Positions 7,419 to 16,267 of a stretch of DNA of 44,968 bases are shown one piece after another; the first letter of the stretch is position 1; each line of letters starts with the position of its first letter. Position numbers and translations under genes: made by a program. A model generated the notes under the pieces. It was not told the DNA's origin. It saw nothing but the letters and a program-made list of their open reading frames with translations, and ran no database searches. Origin of the DNA: a virus (lineage: Duplodnaviria; Caudoviricetes); the IMG/VR virus record IMGVR_UViG_3300048599_000066, positions 1 to 44,968 of that record, one strand, 5' to 3'.

Positions 7419-7601
7419 GTGAATCAGAAACCCACCCGCGCTTACGGGCGCGTTTTCTATTTCGGCAAGCGCAAAGACGAACAGCGGAAGCGCGAACTTG
7501 CCGGAATGGCGCTTGGTGGGATCGATCCTGAGTTCGACGACATTCTGCAAGCAGAATTAGAAATCAGCGTGCCCGCCGATTGTATCGGTCCCGAACGCTG
7601 A
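7419..7601 (+). CDS. Possible small protein
   Basis: GTG start with AGGGAAA upstream; overlaps a terminator and hairpins, so doubtful. Confidence 0.3.
   Translation: MNQKPTRAYGRVFYFGKRKDEQRKRELAGMALGGIDPEFDDILQAELEISVPADCIGPER
7437..7462 (+). terminator. tR'-like intrinsic terminator
   Basis: CGCGCT-TACG-GGCGCG-TTTTCTATTT, about 200 nt after the late promoter. Confidence 0.65.
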
Positions 7602-7900
7602 GGGGATAACCCGGCTGAATTGACCGGGCCAAGGGCGAATATAGAACGTCTGCCGAGGGCGGGTGAACAAACGGCAGGGCGCATCGCAAGGTGTCCCGTG
7701 GATCGCGGGTGCAAAGCCATTCCCGCGCATTCAATGAGATCGGGACAAGATCACTGCGGCGTCGCAAGACGGCCTTCGGGTATGACCGCAAATCCCTCGG
7801 TTCTCGGTCAAGTTTTCAGGACCGTTTCAAATCGGCTTTGCTGACAAAACCGGGCGGAGATGCATCGAACCTCGGACACAAACGGGCGAGGCCACTAATT
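7560..7900 (+). ncRNA. Candidate large multibranch structured RNA
   Basis: Many nested helices with GCAA and UUCG tetraloops, closed by 7600-7608/7792-7798; no convincing ORF. Confidence 0.55.
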
Positions 7901-7904
7901 CAGG

Positions 7905-8077
7905 CAGCAACCATGTGGCTTTTATATTCATGACCAGACAAGAAATACAGGAGCGTCACGACCGCGTTATGGCCCGCATCAAAAGAAACGGGTTCCCGAA
8001 GCGTCCGATAAGCGCGGCCGACAGAAAGCGGTTTGACGAACTAAAGGCGGCCAAGGACAGCAACCATGTGGCTTTTA
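7905..8077 (+). repeat. 20-bp exact direct repeat CAGCAACCATGTGGCTTTTA (7905-7924 and 8058-8077)
   Basis: Read directly from the sequence; brackets most of the small ORF 7930..8109. Confidence 0.9.
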
Positions 8078-8109
8078 CTGGCGATCTACACGGCCATAAG
8101 CCCGGCTAG
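7930..8109 (+). CDS. Small basic hypothetical protein
   Basis: MTRQEIQERHDRVMARIKRNGFPKRP...; ATG coupled to the mini-ORF MWLLYS*. Confidence 0.55.
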   Translation: MTRQEIQERHDRVMARIKRNGFPKRPISAADRKRFDELKAAKDSNHVAFTGDLHGHKPG

Positions 8110-8200
8110 TTTCAACGAAAGACACGGGCAATGGTGCCAGATGACGCAGGAGCGGCAGGAAATAGCGAACCGCCTGGCTGGCGTCACCGCCGGCAGATGA
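8066..8200 (+). CDS. Small hypothetical protein with hydrophobic N-terminus
   Basis: MWLLLAIYTAISPASFNERHGQWCQMTQERQEIANRLAGVTAGR*; ATGA overlap with the next gene. Confidence 0.45.
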   Translation: MWLLLAIYTAISPASFNERHGQWCQMTQERQEIANRLAGVTAGR

Positions 8201-8571
8201 GGCAATGGGTGCGAGCCCTGACCGACAAGACCAAGGCAGTTGGCGCGTTCGACCGCGATCTGCACAAGACAGTCAACGAGATAAACAACGGGCCGGGCCT
8301 CGTGGAGAAAATCGTTCACGACCCGCTTCCTGTATTCACGGAACCAGCGATGACCAACAGAACCGGATTCGGCGGCTTTGCCGGAATGATCCGCCAGCAA
8401 CTCGACAGCCTCAAGCAGGAGGCATCGAACATTCAGGGCGAGATGGGCAAGGCATTGGCGGAAGGCGAGGAACTGGCACAGGTCGCGCGCAAGACCGTGA
8501 ACGATGTAAAGGCCGAGATTGCGGAGGCAAAGGCAGCATTCGGGCAACTGACGAATGGCGGGCCTGAATAA
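8197..8571 (+). CDS. Hypothetical coiled-coil protein
   Basis: MRQWVRALTDK...; helical C-terminal half. Confidence 0.6.
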   Translation: MRQWVRALTDKTKAVGAFDRDLHKTVNEINNGPGLVEKIVHDPLPVFTEPAMTNRTGFGGFAGMIRQQLDSLKQEASNIQGEMGKALAEGEELAQVARKTVNDVKAEIAEAKAAFGQLTNGGPE

Positions 8572-8746
8572 AATCGCTTCCAGCCCATGTCTCGATAACC
8601 AATGGGCCGCAGAAGCCTTTCACGATTCGCTGGACGATGCGTGTGACTTGCCACTCGATAACATCACCAAAGACGACCGCGCGAAGCTCAAGCAAGCCTA
8701 TTTGACCATGTGGCTGGAATGCGCTTGGCCGGCGGGCAATTGTTGA
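8555..8746 (+). CDS. Hypothetical protein
   Basis: 63 aa ORF overlapping the previous stop. Confidence 0.5.
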   Translation: MAGLNKIASSPCLDNQWAAEAFHDSLDDACDLPLDNITKDDRAKLKQAYLTMWLECAWPAGNC

Positions 8747-8915
8747 GGATGGCAAACAAACTACTTCCGAACGGAATGCACCGTTGCGAGCATTGCGGAT
8801 TTGTGGTTCGCGGAACCGGATGCCAATCCGACAAAGCCATTCGTTACGAGGCAAAAACCGGGAAGACGGTTTGCCCGAATAGCTAAACATTGCAAAAAGT
8901 TAACATGTAGCGAAC

Positions 8916-9218
8916 ATGCCGTTTCAACCGGGAAACCAAGAACAGAAAAAGGCTGATCGCAAAAAGCCCCGCGTGGTGGCGCAACAGCTTACGTCTGCAC
9001 TCAATGAGGCCTATGGCGACGGCAACATTACCAAGCTTCGAGCGGTCATCGATGCGTGGGTTGCCAACGCCATAAAGGGCGACCAGCAGGCGATCAATGC
9101 TCTGGCGGATCGCATTGACGGCAAAGTCCCGCAGGCAATCGGTGGCGACGACGAACTCGGCCCGATCAAGAATATTCTAGAGGTTTCGTGGAAGTCAGAC
9201 GACAGCGGGTCGAGCTAG
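8916..9218 (+). CDS. terS: Terminase small subunit
   Basis: MPFQPGN start and AIKGDQQAINALADRIDGKVPQ motif; directly before TerL. Confidence 0.8.
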   Translation: MPFQPGNQEQKKADRKKPRVVAQQLTSALNEAYGDGNITKLRAVIDAWVANAIKGDQQAINALADRIDGKVPQAIGGDDELGPIKNILEVSWKSDDSGSS

Positions 9219-10471
9219 ATTATCGGCCGCGTCTTCAGTTCAAGCCCTTCCACGACAGACAACAGCGTTGGTCATGTTTAGTCGCTCATCGTCGGGCCGG
9301 AAAGACGGTTGCGACAGTAAACGACATGATCCGGCGCGCGGTGCGAGATAGCAAGCCGGATGGACGCTATGCCTATATCGCGCCGCTCTACAATCAAGCC
9401 AAGGACATCGCCTGGTCCTACCTGAAGCACTATGCGTTTCCGCTTCTGGCTGACAGCCCGAACGAATCGGAATTGCGGGTTGATCTGGTCAACGGATCGC
9501 GCATCAGGCTTTACGGCGCTGATAATCCTGATCGGCTGCGCGGCATTTATCTCGATGGCGTGATCCTCGATGAATACGGGGACATGAAGCCGGCGATATG
9601 GACGGACGTTATCCGGCCGGCGCTTTCGGATCGCAAGGGGTGGGGCACGTTTATCGGAACGCCGAAGGGCAAGAACGAGTTCTGGACGCTCTGGCAAGAC
9701 GCACAGAAAAACGGGGACTGGTTCACGCTGATGCTCAAGGCTTCGGAAACGGGGCTGATCGAGCAATCCGAATTGGATGAAGCCCGCAAGCAGATGGGAT
9801 CGGACCAATTCGAGCAGGAATACGAGTGTTCGTTTGAAGCCGCGATAAAAGGCGCGTTCTACGCCGACGAAATGCGGCGCGCTCAGGATGAAGGCCGCAT
9901 CGGTCGCGTGGCGATTGATCGTGGCTTACAGGTAGACACTGCCTGGGACTTGGGCGTCTCGGATTCGACCGCGATATGGTTCATTCAGACGCTCGGCAAA
10001 GAGCGCCGAATGATTGATTACTACGAGTCGTCCGGCGTTGGCCTCGATCATTACGCGCAAGTGTTGCGTGACCGGGGCTATATCTATCGGGATCACTATT
10101 TCCCGCATGACATCGCGGCGAAAGAATTATCGACCGGCAAGTCCCGGCTCGAGACGCTGAAGGCGCTTGGGATCACAGCACAGGTCGGGGAGATGGCGTC
10201 TGTTATGGACGGCATCAACGCGGTGCGCCGGATGCTCGATCAATGCTGGTTTGACGCGGAGCGGTGCGAACGCGGGATCGAGGCGCTGAGACAATACCAG
10301 CGCGAATACGACGACAAGCTGAAGGACTGGAAGCTTAGGCCGCTGCACAATTGGGCGAGCCACGGCGCCGATGCGCTGCGGACATTCGCAACCGGGTTCA
10401 CGGACAAGACGGTATTGCTTCCGATCAATCGGGCAAACTTTGGCAGGTCAGGTTCATGGATGGGTGGCTAG
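9188..10471 (+). CDS. terL: Terminase large subunit
   Basis: Walker A AHRRAGKT, Walker B VILDEY, GTPKG, nuclease WDLGVSD and SHGADA. Confidence 0.95.
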   Translation: MEVRRQRVELDYRPRLQFKPFHDRQQRWSCLVAHRRAGKTVATVNDMIRRAVRDSKPDGRYAYIAPLYNQAKDIAWSYLKHYAFPLLADSPNESELRVDLVNGSRIRLYGADNPDRLRGIYLDGVILDEYGDMKPAIWTDVIRPALSDRKGWGTFIGTPKGKNEFWTLWQDAQKNGDWFTLMLKASETGLIEQSELDEARKQMGSDQFEQEYECSFEAAIKGAFYADEMRRAQDEGRIGRVAIDRGLQVDTAWDLGVSDSTAIWFIQTLGKERRMIDYYESSGVGLDHYAQVLRDRGYIYRDHYFPHDIAAKELSTGKSRLETLKALGITAQVGEMASVMDGINAVRRMLDQCWFDAERCERGIEALRQYQREYDDKLKDWKLRPLHNWASHGADALRTFATGFTDKTVLLPINRANFGRSGSWMGG

Positions 10472-10545
10472 TCGGCATGACGGCCCTCGCCCTGTTCGTT
10501 CTCCCCGGCATTCTTTTAACGATTGGTGCTTTTACGGATGACTGA
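10456..10545 (+). CDS. Tiny membrane protein
   Basis: MDGWLVGMTALALFVLPGILLTIGAFTDD. Confidence 0.4.
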   Translation: MDGWLVGMTALALFVLPGILLTIGAFTDD

Positions 10546-10723
10546 GTGCGACGACAAGTTGATCTTGGTGGAGGACCAGCCCTTTGCGCCGCGCGGCTTG
10601 GCCGATGAGATTTCAGACAAGATTTGCGATTCCATTGATTATGAAAGTGGGTGTCTTTGGCGTGATCCCAATGAGTTGGCCGCTGAAATCATAGAGATGG
10701 TTCGTAAACACGATGGCAGATAA
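10538..10723 (+). CDS. Hypothetical protein between terL and portal
   Basis: Acidic 61 aa ORF overlapping its neighbours. Confidence 0.55.
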   Translation: MTECDDKLILVEDQPFAPRGLADEISDKICDSIDYESGCLWRDPNELAAEIIEMVRKHDGR

Positions 10724-12887
10724 GAAGCGGGCGAGAACCGACGAGGAATCAGAAATCCTCGCCCAGGCCCGCGAAGATTGGGATGCCGCGTGGGAGCGCG
10801 AGCAGGACAATATCAAAAACGCCTATGAGGATCTGGAATTTCTCGCGGGCGATGACTATTGCCAATGGCCGTCCGAACAGCGCCGCAAGCGCGAGGAAGA
10901 ATACAGGCCCGTCCTTCAGATCAACGAGTTGCCGCAATTCGTCCATCAGATTACGGGCGATATTCGGCAAATGCGGCCCTCGATCAAGGTTGTCCCGGTT
11001 GATTCCGGCGCCGACGAAAAGATCGCAAGCCTTCGCGGTGGGCTGATCCGCTATATCGAGAACAGGTCCGACGCATCGGCCATCTATTTCCGCGCCGCTG
11101 ATTCGCAGGTTGCCTGCGGCATCGGGCATTGGAAGGTTATTGCGGAATACGCGGATCGATCCACGTTCAATCAGGAACTACGCATTGCGCCTATCGAGGA
11201 TGGCGTAGCGGTTTTATGGGACCCCGACGCATCGCTGCCGACCAAGGAAGACGCGCGGTTCTGCTTCGAACCCGTCGACATGAACCGGAAGTCCTTCGAG
11301 AAGGACTGGCCGGATATTGTGCCAACTGATTTTGATTCAACCGGATGGGCGCATAATCGGGAGTGGTGTACCGACGATTACGTCCGGGTCTGTGCTTATT
11401 GGGTGAAGGAACCGGCCAAGAAGCTGCTTGCGCTGGAACAGGACGGCTCGATTGTTGACATCACCGAAGCCGACGATTCGGTCATCGCGTTTCATGCGGC
11501 CCGAGGCGCGCGTATCGAGGAACGCGACAGTTACAACGTCAAGCGTTACCTCATCACCGTATCGAACGTGCTGGAATGGCCCGGCGAATATCCGGGGCGG
11601 TTCATCCCGATCGTTCCGGTTGTTGGCGAGGAAACCCGAATCGGCCGCAAGATCATTCGACAGGGCATTATCCGCAATGCCAAGGACGCGCAGCGGATGT
11701 CCAACTATTTCCATTCGGCGCATACCGAAACGGTAGCATTGCAGCCCAAGGCGCCGTTTATCGGGACTGAATTGAACTTCGCCAAATACCAGGCGATCTG
11801 GGCCGGGGCGAACTCCAATAACGACCCGTATTTGCCCTATGAACCGGACACCAAGAACGGCGGGCAGGCTCCGCAGCGGGTGCAGCCGCCGGTATCGTCG
11901 CAAGGCATTCTGGACGGCCTGACAATGGCGCGGCAGGACTTGCGCGCCGTGATCGGGATTTATGACGCCGGATTGGGCGAGAAGTCCAACGAGACCAGCG
12001 GCAAGGCCATTATGGCCCGGCAGCGGGAGGGCGACGTTGGGTCGTTTCTCTATATCGACAATTTCAGCCGGGCGGTTCGACAGACCGGCAACATCATCAA
12101 CGACCTGATCCCGTATTACTACGACACCGAACGAACCATCCGCATCATGGGCGAGGATGGCAAGGTTGACGTGATCGAGATCAACAAGGCCAAGGGCCTC
12201 GATCAATCGGGACAGACGATATTCGATCACGACATCACGCAAGGCTCATACGATGTCGTGGCGACGGTAGGCCCGAGCTATACCACGCGGCGAGAGGAAG
12301 CCCGCGAGGCGATGATTGAGTTTGTCAGGGCCGCCCCGGATGCGGGTGCGCTGATTATCGATCTGTTGGCCAAGGCTTATGACTTCCCGATGGCCGATGA
12401 CATCGCCAAGCGGCTGCGGATGAATCTCCCGCCGCAGATCATCGCAATGGAAGAGGCGGAAAAGCAGGGGATGGACCCCGAGCAGGCCCGCCAGATGGCG
12501 ATGCAGCAAATGCAGCCGCCGCCCGATCCGAAGGTGATGGCTGTCGAAGCCAAGGCCGCGAATGACCAGCAGAAGTTGGTATTCGAGCAGCAAAAGCTGA
12601 TCGCGGACCAACAGGCCGAAATGGGCAAATTGCAGGCCGAACTTGAGAAGGCCCGCATTCAGTCCCGGACGGCTGTCGAGGTTGCGCAGATCAATGCCGG
12701 CGTCGGGATGCACAAGACCATCACCGATGCTGCGACCGCGCAATATGGCGCGATGATCGATGCCGAGGTAGCGCGCGAGGAAATGGAAAAGCGCGCATCG
12801 GTAGAGCGTGAGAAATCCTACGTTTCGGCGGAAACGGCGCGGTACGCCACCGACCGCAAGCAAACCGAACAAAGGGCCGATAAATGA
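10713..12887 (+). CDS. P22-like portal protein
   Basis: 724 aa; GRFIPIVPVVG, KDAQRMSNY, SNETSGKAIMARQREGD, GPSYTTRREE; Q/E-rich helical-barrel C-terminus. Confidence 0.95.
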   Translation: MADKKRARTDEESEILAQAREDWDAAWEREQDNIKNAYEDLEFLAGDDYCQWPSEQRRKREEEYRPVLQINELPQFVHQITGDIRQMRPSIKVVPVDSGADEKIASLRGGLIRYIENRSDASAIYFRAADSQVACGIGHWKVIAEYADRSTFNQELRIAPIEDGVAVLWDPDASLPTKEDARFCFEPVDMNRKSFEKDWPDIVPTDFDSTGWAHNREWCTDDYVRVCAYWVKEPAKKLLALEQDGSIVDITEADDSVIAFHAARGARIEERDSYNVKRYLITVSNVLEWPGEYPGRFIPIVPVVGEETRIGRKIIRQGIIRNAKDAQRMSNYFHSAHTETVALQPKAPFIGTELNFAKYQAIWAGANSNNDPYLPYEPDTKNGGQAPQRVQPPVSSQGILDGLTMARQDLRAVIGIYDAGLGEKSNETSGKAIMARQREGDVGSFLYIDNFSRAVRQTGNIINDLIPYYYDTERTIRIMGEDGKVDVIEINKAKGLDQSGQTIFDHDITQGSYDVVATVGPSYTTRREEAREAMIEFVRAAPDAGALIIDLLAKAYDFPMADDIAKRLRMNLPPQIIAMEEAEKQGMDPEQARQMAMQQMQPPPDPKVMAVEAKAANDQQKLVFEQQKLIADQQAEMGKLQAELEKARIQSRTAVEVAQINAGVGMHKTITDAATAQYGAMIDAEVAREEMEKRASVEREKSYVSAETARYATDRKQTEQRADK

Positions 12888-13126
12888 TCCAGGCAGGGGG
12901 CGCGGGCGACGCAACCGCGCTGACCAAAAGCGACACCACGGTTTATGACAAGCCGTTTGACGCGCTCTATGTCGGCGTGGCCGGTAACGTGGCGGTGCGC
13001 ACGTTTCCCGCCGGTCAGACTGTGACCTTTGCCGGCGCGGCCGCCGGTTCAATCATTCCCATTCGCTGCGACCAACTGATGGCAACGAATACCTCCGCGA
13101 CCTCGGTTGTCGGGCTGCGATACTAG
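12884..13126 (+). CDS. Head-spike base protein (RcGTA Rcc01079-like)
   Basis: ALYVGVAGNVAV..GQTVTF..AGSIIPIRCDQLMATNTSATSVVGL pattern. Confidence 0.75.
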   Translation: MIQAGGAGDATALTKSDTTVYDKPFDALYVGVAGNVAVRTFPAGQTVTFAGAAAGSIIPIRCDQLMATNTSATSVVGLRY

Positions 13127-13163
13127 TTTCGAGCTTTCGCTGATCAGCGTTAGCCGACCCACG

Positions 13164-13186
13164 GCCGCCCCTTGGCGGCTTTTTTC
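13164..13186 (+). terminator. Intrinsic terminator before the scaffold gene
   Basis: GCCGCC-CCTT-GGCGGC-TTTTTT. Confidence 0.7.
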
Positions 13187-13196
13187 ATGAGGACCA

Positions 13197-14027
13197 ATGA
13201 CTGACGAAACAGGGGCAGCCGCCCCGACCGACGCGTTGCCGCCGCAAGGCGTGACCGAGAGTGAACAGGCAAAACCGGAGCAGACAGTTCCCGAAACGGG
13301 AGCCGCACCGGATGCAGAGACGCCACAAGACGGGCAACAGCCTACAGAGGAATCTGAGGACAAGCCAAAGAAGCCAACGCGGTTCGAGCGCATGAAGCGC
13401 CGAATGACTGCGATGGCTACCGAGTTGGACAACCTGCGTGCTCAGATCGGCACCGGGGAACAACGAGGGGCACCCGAGGAAGGCCCGAAGGAAGCTGATT
13501 TCAACGGCGACTATTTCGCATATCAGGCCGCGAAGATTGCTCATGAGAGCAAGAAAGCGTTGCGGTCTGAGTTTGATGCCGAACGCCAGAACCGCGAACA
13601 AGCGCGGCTGGCCACGCTTCAACGCGAGATGGTCGAGGATTTCGAGGAAAGGGCGGAAGAAATCCGCTCCCGAATCCCTGATTTCGATGGGGCCATAGAA
13701 GCCTTCACGGCATCGGGCGGCAAGTTCTCGGACGCTCTCCGGGATGAGATTCTGCAAAGCGAGATGGGGCCTGCATTGGCCTATCAACTCGCCAAGAATC
13801 CCAAGCTTGCAAATTCGTTGAATGCCATGTCACCGCGAGAGGTCGCCCGAGAGATCGGACGCCTCGAAGCCCGTGCGTCTCTGCCGAACCCAAAAAGACA
13901 AACATCGGCACCCGCACCAATGACGCAGCCCAAAGGCGGCGCGTCCCCGAGCAGATCGGAAACCGATCTCGCCAAAGGCGAGGACGTGTCGGAGCTTATC
14001 GCCAAATGGCGAGCCTCCAAAAAGTAA
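13197..14027 (+). CDS. Scaffolding protein
   Basis: Acidic, coiled-coil, GPALAYQLAKNP..AREIGRLEA; lies between portal and coat. Confidence 0.85.
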   Translation: MTDETGAAAPTDALPPQGVTESEQAKPEQTVPETGAAPDAETPQDGQQPTEESEDKPKKPTRFERMKRRMTAMATELDNLRAQIGTGEQRGAPEEGPKEADFNGDYFAYQAAKIAHESKKALRSEFDAERQNREQARLATLQREMVEDFEERAEEIRSRIPDFDGAIEAFTASGGKFSDALRDEILQSEMGPALAYQLAKNPKLANSLNAMSPREVAREIGRLEARASLPNPKRQTSAPAPMTQPKGGASPSRSETDLAKGEDVSELIAKWRASKK

Positions 14028-14054
14028 CGGGTGCCTAACCCCAAGGGGTAGGCA

Positions 14055-15302
14055 ATGGCTAACGTCACTATCACCCCGGATATCATCGCCGCAAAGGCGA
14101 TTGACATCCTGGATAATAACCTCGTGATGGGCAAGAAGGTCTATCGCGGGCACGAATCCGAGTTCGCGAAGAAGGTCAACGGCTACAAGGTCGGCGAAAC
14201 CATCACCATCCGCCGGCCGAACCAGTTCACCGTCCGCGACGGTGCCACCGCATCCATTCAGGATGTCGTGGAAGGCACTACCACGATGTCGATCAGCAAG
14301 CAGAAGGGCGTGGACTTCAAGTTCACTTCCGCTGACATGTCGCTCGAAATCGACGAGTTCGAAGATCGCATCCTGAAGGACGCGATGATCAAGCTGGCCA
14401 ACCAGGTCGATCAGGACTTGATGGCGCTCTACAAAAACGTGTGGAACTATGTCGGGCCGTCCTCGGGCGCGCTGGACTCGTTCGCTGACTTTGCTTTGGC
14501 TCCCGAGCGTCTTGACCTCGGCGCCGTGCCGCAGAACGACCGTTGCGCGATCCTGTCGCCCACGGATTTCTGGGGCATGGTCGGCAACCAGACTTCGTTG
14601 TACGTCAACTCCATTGCGAACCCCGCCTATCGCGAAGGCTCGCTCGGGATGATTGGCGGCATCGATACCTATATGTCGCAGAACACGCCGACCCATACGG
14701 CCGGCACCCGCGACAACTCGACCCCGGTTGTCAAGGGTACACAGTCCACGACCTGGGCCGCGTCGAAAGACACCGGCACCATGACGCTGGACACCGATGG
14801 CTGGGATTCGGCGGCCACTCTCAAGGCCGGCGACGTGTTCACCATCGATGCGGTATATGCCGTCAACCCGGTGACCAAGGCCACGCTGCCGCATCTGCAA
14901 CAGTTCGTTGTGATGTCGGACGTTACGGCACATGTCACCACCACTTCGTCCACGACCCTGACCATCTCGCCCCCGATCATCACTTCGGGCGCATTCCAGA
15001 CGGTCAGTGCTGCTGCCCTGAACGATGCCACGATCTCGATCATCGGCACCGCCAGCGGCAACATCCGTCAGAACCTCGTGTTTCACAAGAATGCGTTCGC
15101 TCTGGCTGTCGTTCCGATGGAAAAGCCGCAGGGCGCGGTCGACGTGGTTCGCAAGTCATACAAGGGGCTGTCCGTTCGACTGATCCCCTACTATGACGGC
15201 ACGAACGATGTCAGCAATTGGCGTCTCGATATCCTGTACGGCGTCAAGGCGCTCGATCCGCGTCTGGCCACCCGTCTCGGTATCTCGGCGGCTGCGGCGT
15301 AA
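14055..15302 (+). CDS. Major capsid protein (P22 gp5 family)
   Basis: KVGETITIRRP, QKGVDFKFTS, LKAGDVFTIDAV, QNLVFHKNAFAL, RLDILYG. Confidence 0.95.
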   Translation: MANVTITPDIIAAKAIDILDNNLVMGKKVYRGHESEFAKKVNGYKVGETITIRRPNQFTVRDGATASIQDVVEGTTTMSISKQKGVDFKFTSADMSLEIDEFEDRILKDAMIKLANQVDQDLMALYKNVWNYVGPSSGALDSFADFALAPERLDLGAVPQNDRCAILSPTDFWGMVGNQTSLYVNSIANPAYREGSLGMIGGIDTYMSQNTPTHTAGTRDNSTPVVKGTQSTTWAASKDTGTMTLDTDGWDSAATLKAGDVFTIDAVYAVNPVTKATLPHLQQFVVMSDVTAHVTTTSSTTLTISPPIITSGAFQTVSAAALNDATISIIGTASGNIRQNLVFHKNAFALAVVPMEKPQGAVDVVRKSYKGLSVRLIPYYDGTNDVSNWRLDILYGVKALDPRLATRLGISAAAA

Positions 15303-15314
15303 GGAGAAAGAACA

Positions 15315-15551
15315 ATGGCTACTTCTGTAATCACCAACCTTACGAACGTCAAGAAATTGAGCGACGGCGGTGCTGGCGGCTCAATGCTTGGCAATTCCGC
15401 TACCGATCTCGTCGGTTTCCACGGTGCAACCCCGTCCGATCAGCGGGCGGTGACCACCCTGGCGACCAACGCGACGCACGGCACGACTCGTACCGCCGTG
15501 ATCGAGATCATCAACCTGCTCAAAGAAAAAGGCTTGATGGCCTCCGCGTGA
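15315..15551 (+). CDS. Small virion (capsid decoration/fibre) protein
   Basis: AAGGAG RBS; LGNSATDLVGFHGATP..IINLLKEKGLM; directly after coat. Confidence 0.7.
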   Translation: MATSVITNLTNVKKLSDGGAGGSMLGNSATDLVGFHGATPSDQRAVTTLATNATHGTTRTAVIEIINLLKEKGLMASA

Positions 15552-16267
15552 AGATCAACTTCACGTCGCTTCCTTGCGTTCCGAATGAAGATTTGGAGCG
15601 CAACGAGGCTTACGCAAAATCGCTGGGCCTCCCCCGACTTGGGGAGGCTCAGCACCCTTATCTGGCGATAGTCGGGGGCGGGCCTTCCGCCCAAGATCAT
15701 CTGGAGGAATTGCGGGATTGGCCGGGAGAAATCTGGGCCATCAACGGGACGTATAAATGGCTCCGGGATAACGGGGTCTTGTCCGCGTTTTTCACCATCG
15801 ATCCCAAGCCCGGCATTGCGGAAATGACGGAGAGCGTCGATTGTGCGGTGCTGGCGACGTGCTGCCACCCGTCCGCGTTCGATGCGGCGTTTCATGCCCA
15901 TGTCGAGACGATTGACCTTGCGGACTATCCGTGCGGCCCGACTACGGCGTCAAGCGCGCCGATGATTGCGCTCAAGCGTGGCCACAAGCAGGTTTCGTTT
16001 TTCGGGTGCGAGGGAAATTTCGGGGCGACCACGCACGCTTACGAAAACCGGGAAATGCCGATTCTGGAAGTCGTCTGCAACGGGCAGACGTTCCGCACCA
16101 ATCCGCAGATGTTGCAACAGAGCGAATATCTCGCCGAACAAATCCGGGTTGCGCCGCAAGTCCTGATAGATCGAAGCGGGGGGCTGTTAAGTGCAGTCGT
16201 GGCTGATCCTGATATCGATGTCACGGCCGCCAGTCGGTCGATTTACGACGCGGTAATGGCTGCATGA
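15548..16267 (+). CDS. Maf/MptE-like (DUF115) glycosyltransferase-family protein
   Basis: LAIVGGGPSAQDHLEEL..IWAING..FTIDP and TTASSAPMIALKRGHKQVSFFGCE; GTGA overlap start. Confidence 0.75.
   Translation: MKINFTSLPCVPNEDLERNEAYAKSLGLPRLGEAQHPYLAIVGGGPSAQDHLEELRDWPGEIWAINGTYKWLRDNGVLSAFFTIDPKPGIAEMTESVDCAVLATCCHPSAFDAAFHAHVETIDLADYPCGPTTASSAPMIALKRGHKQVSFFGCEGNFGATTHAYENREMPILEVVCNGQTFRTNPQMLQQSEYLAEQIRVAPQVLIDRSGGLLSAVVADPDIDVTAASRSIYDAVMAA

Noticed and set aside
7260-7900. tRNA, tmRNA or group I/II intron
   Set aside because: I could not identify a cloverleaf with a T-loop, a group II domain V, or a group I P7 core by eye; kept as an unknown ncRNA candidate
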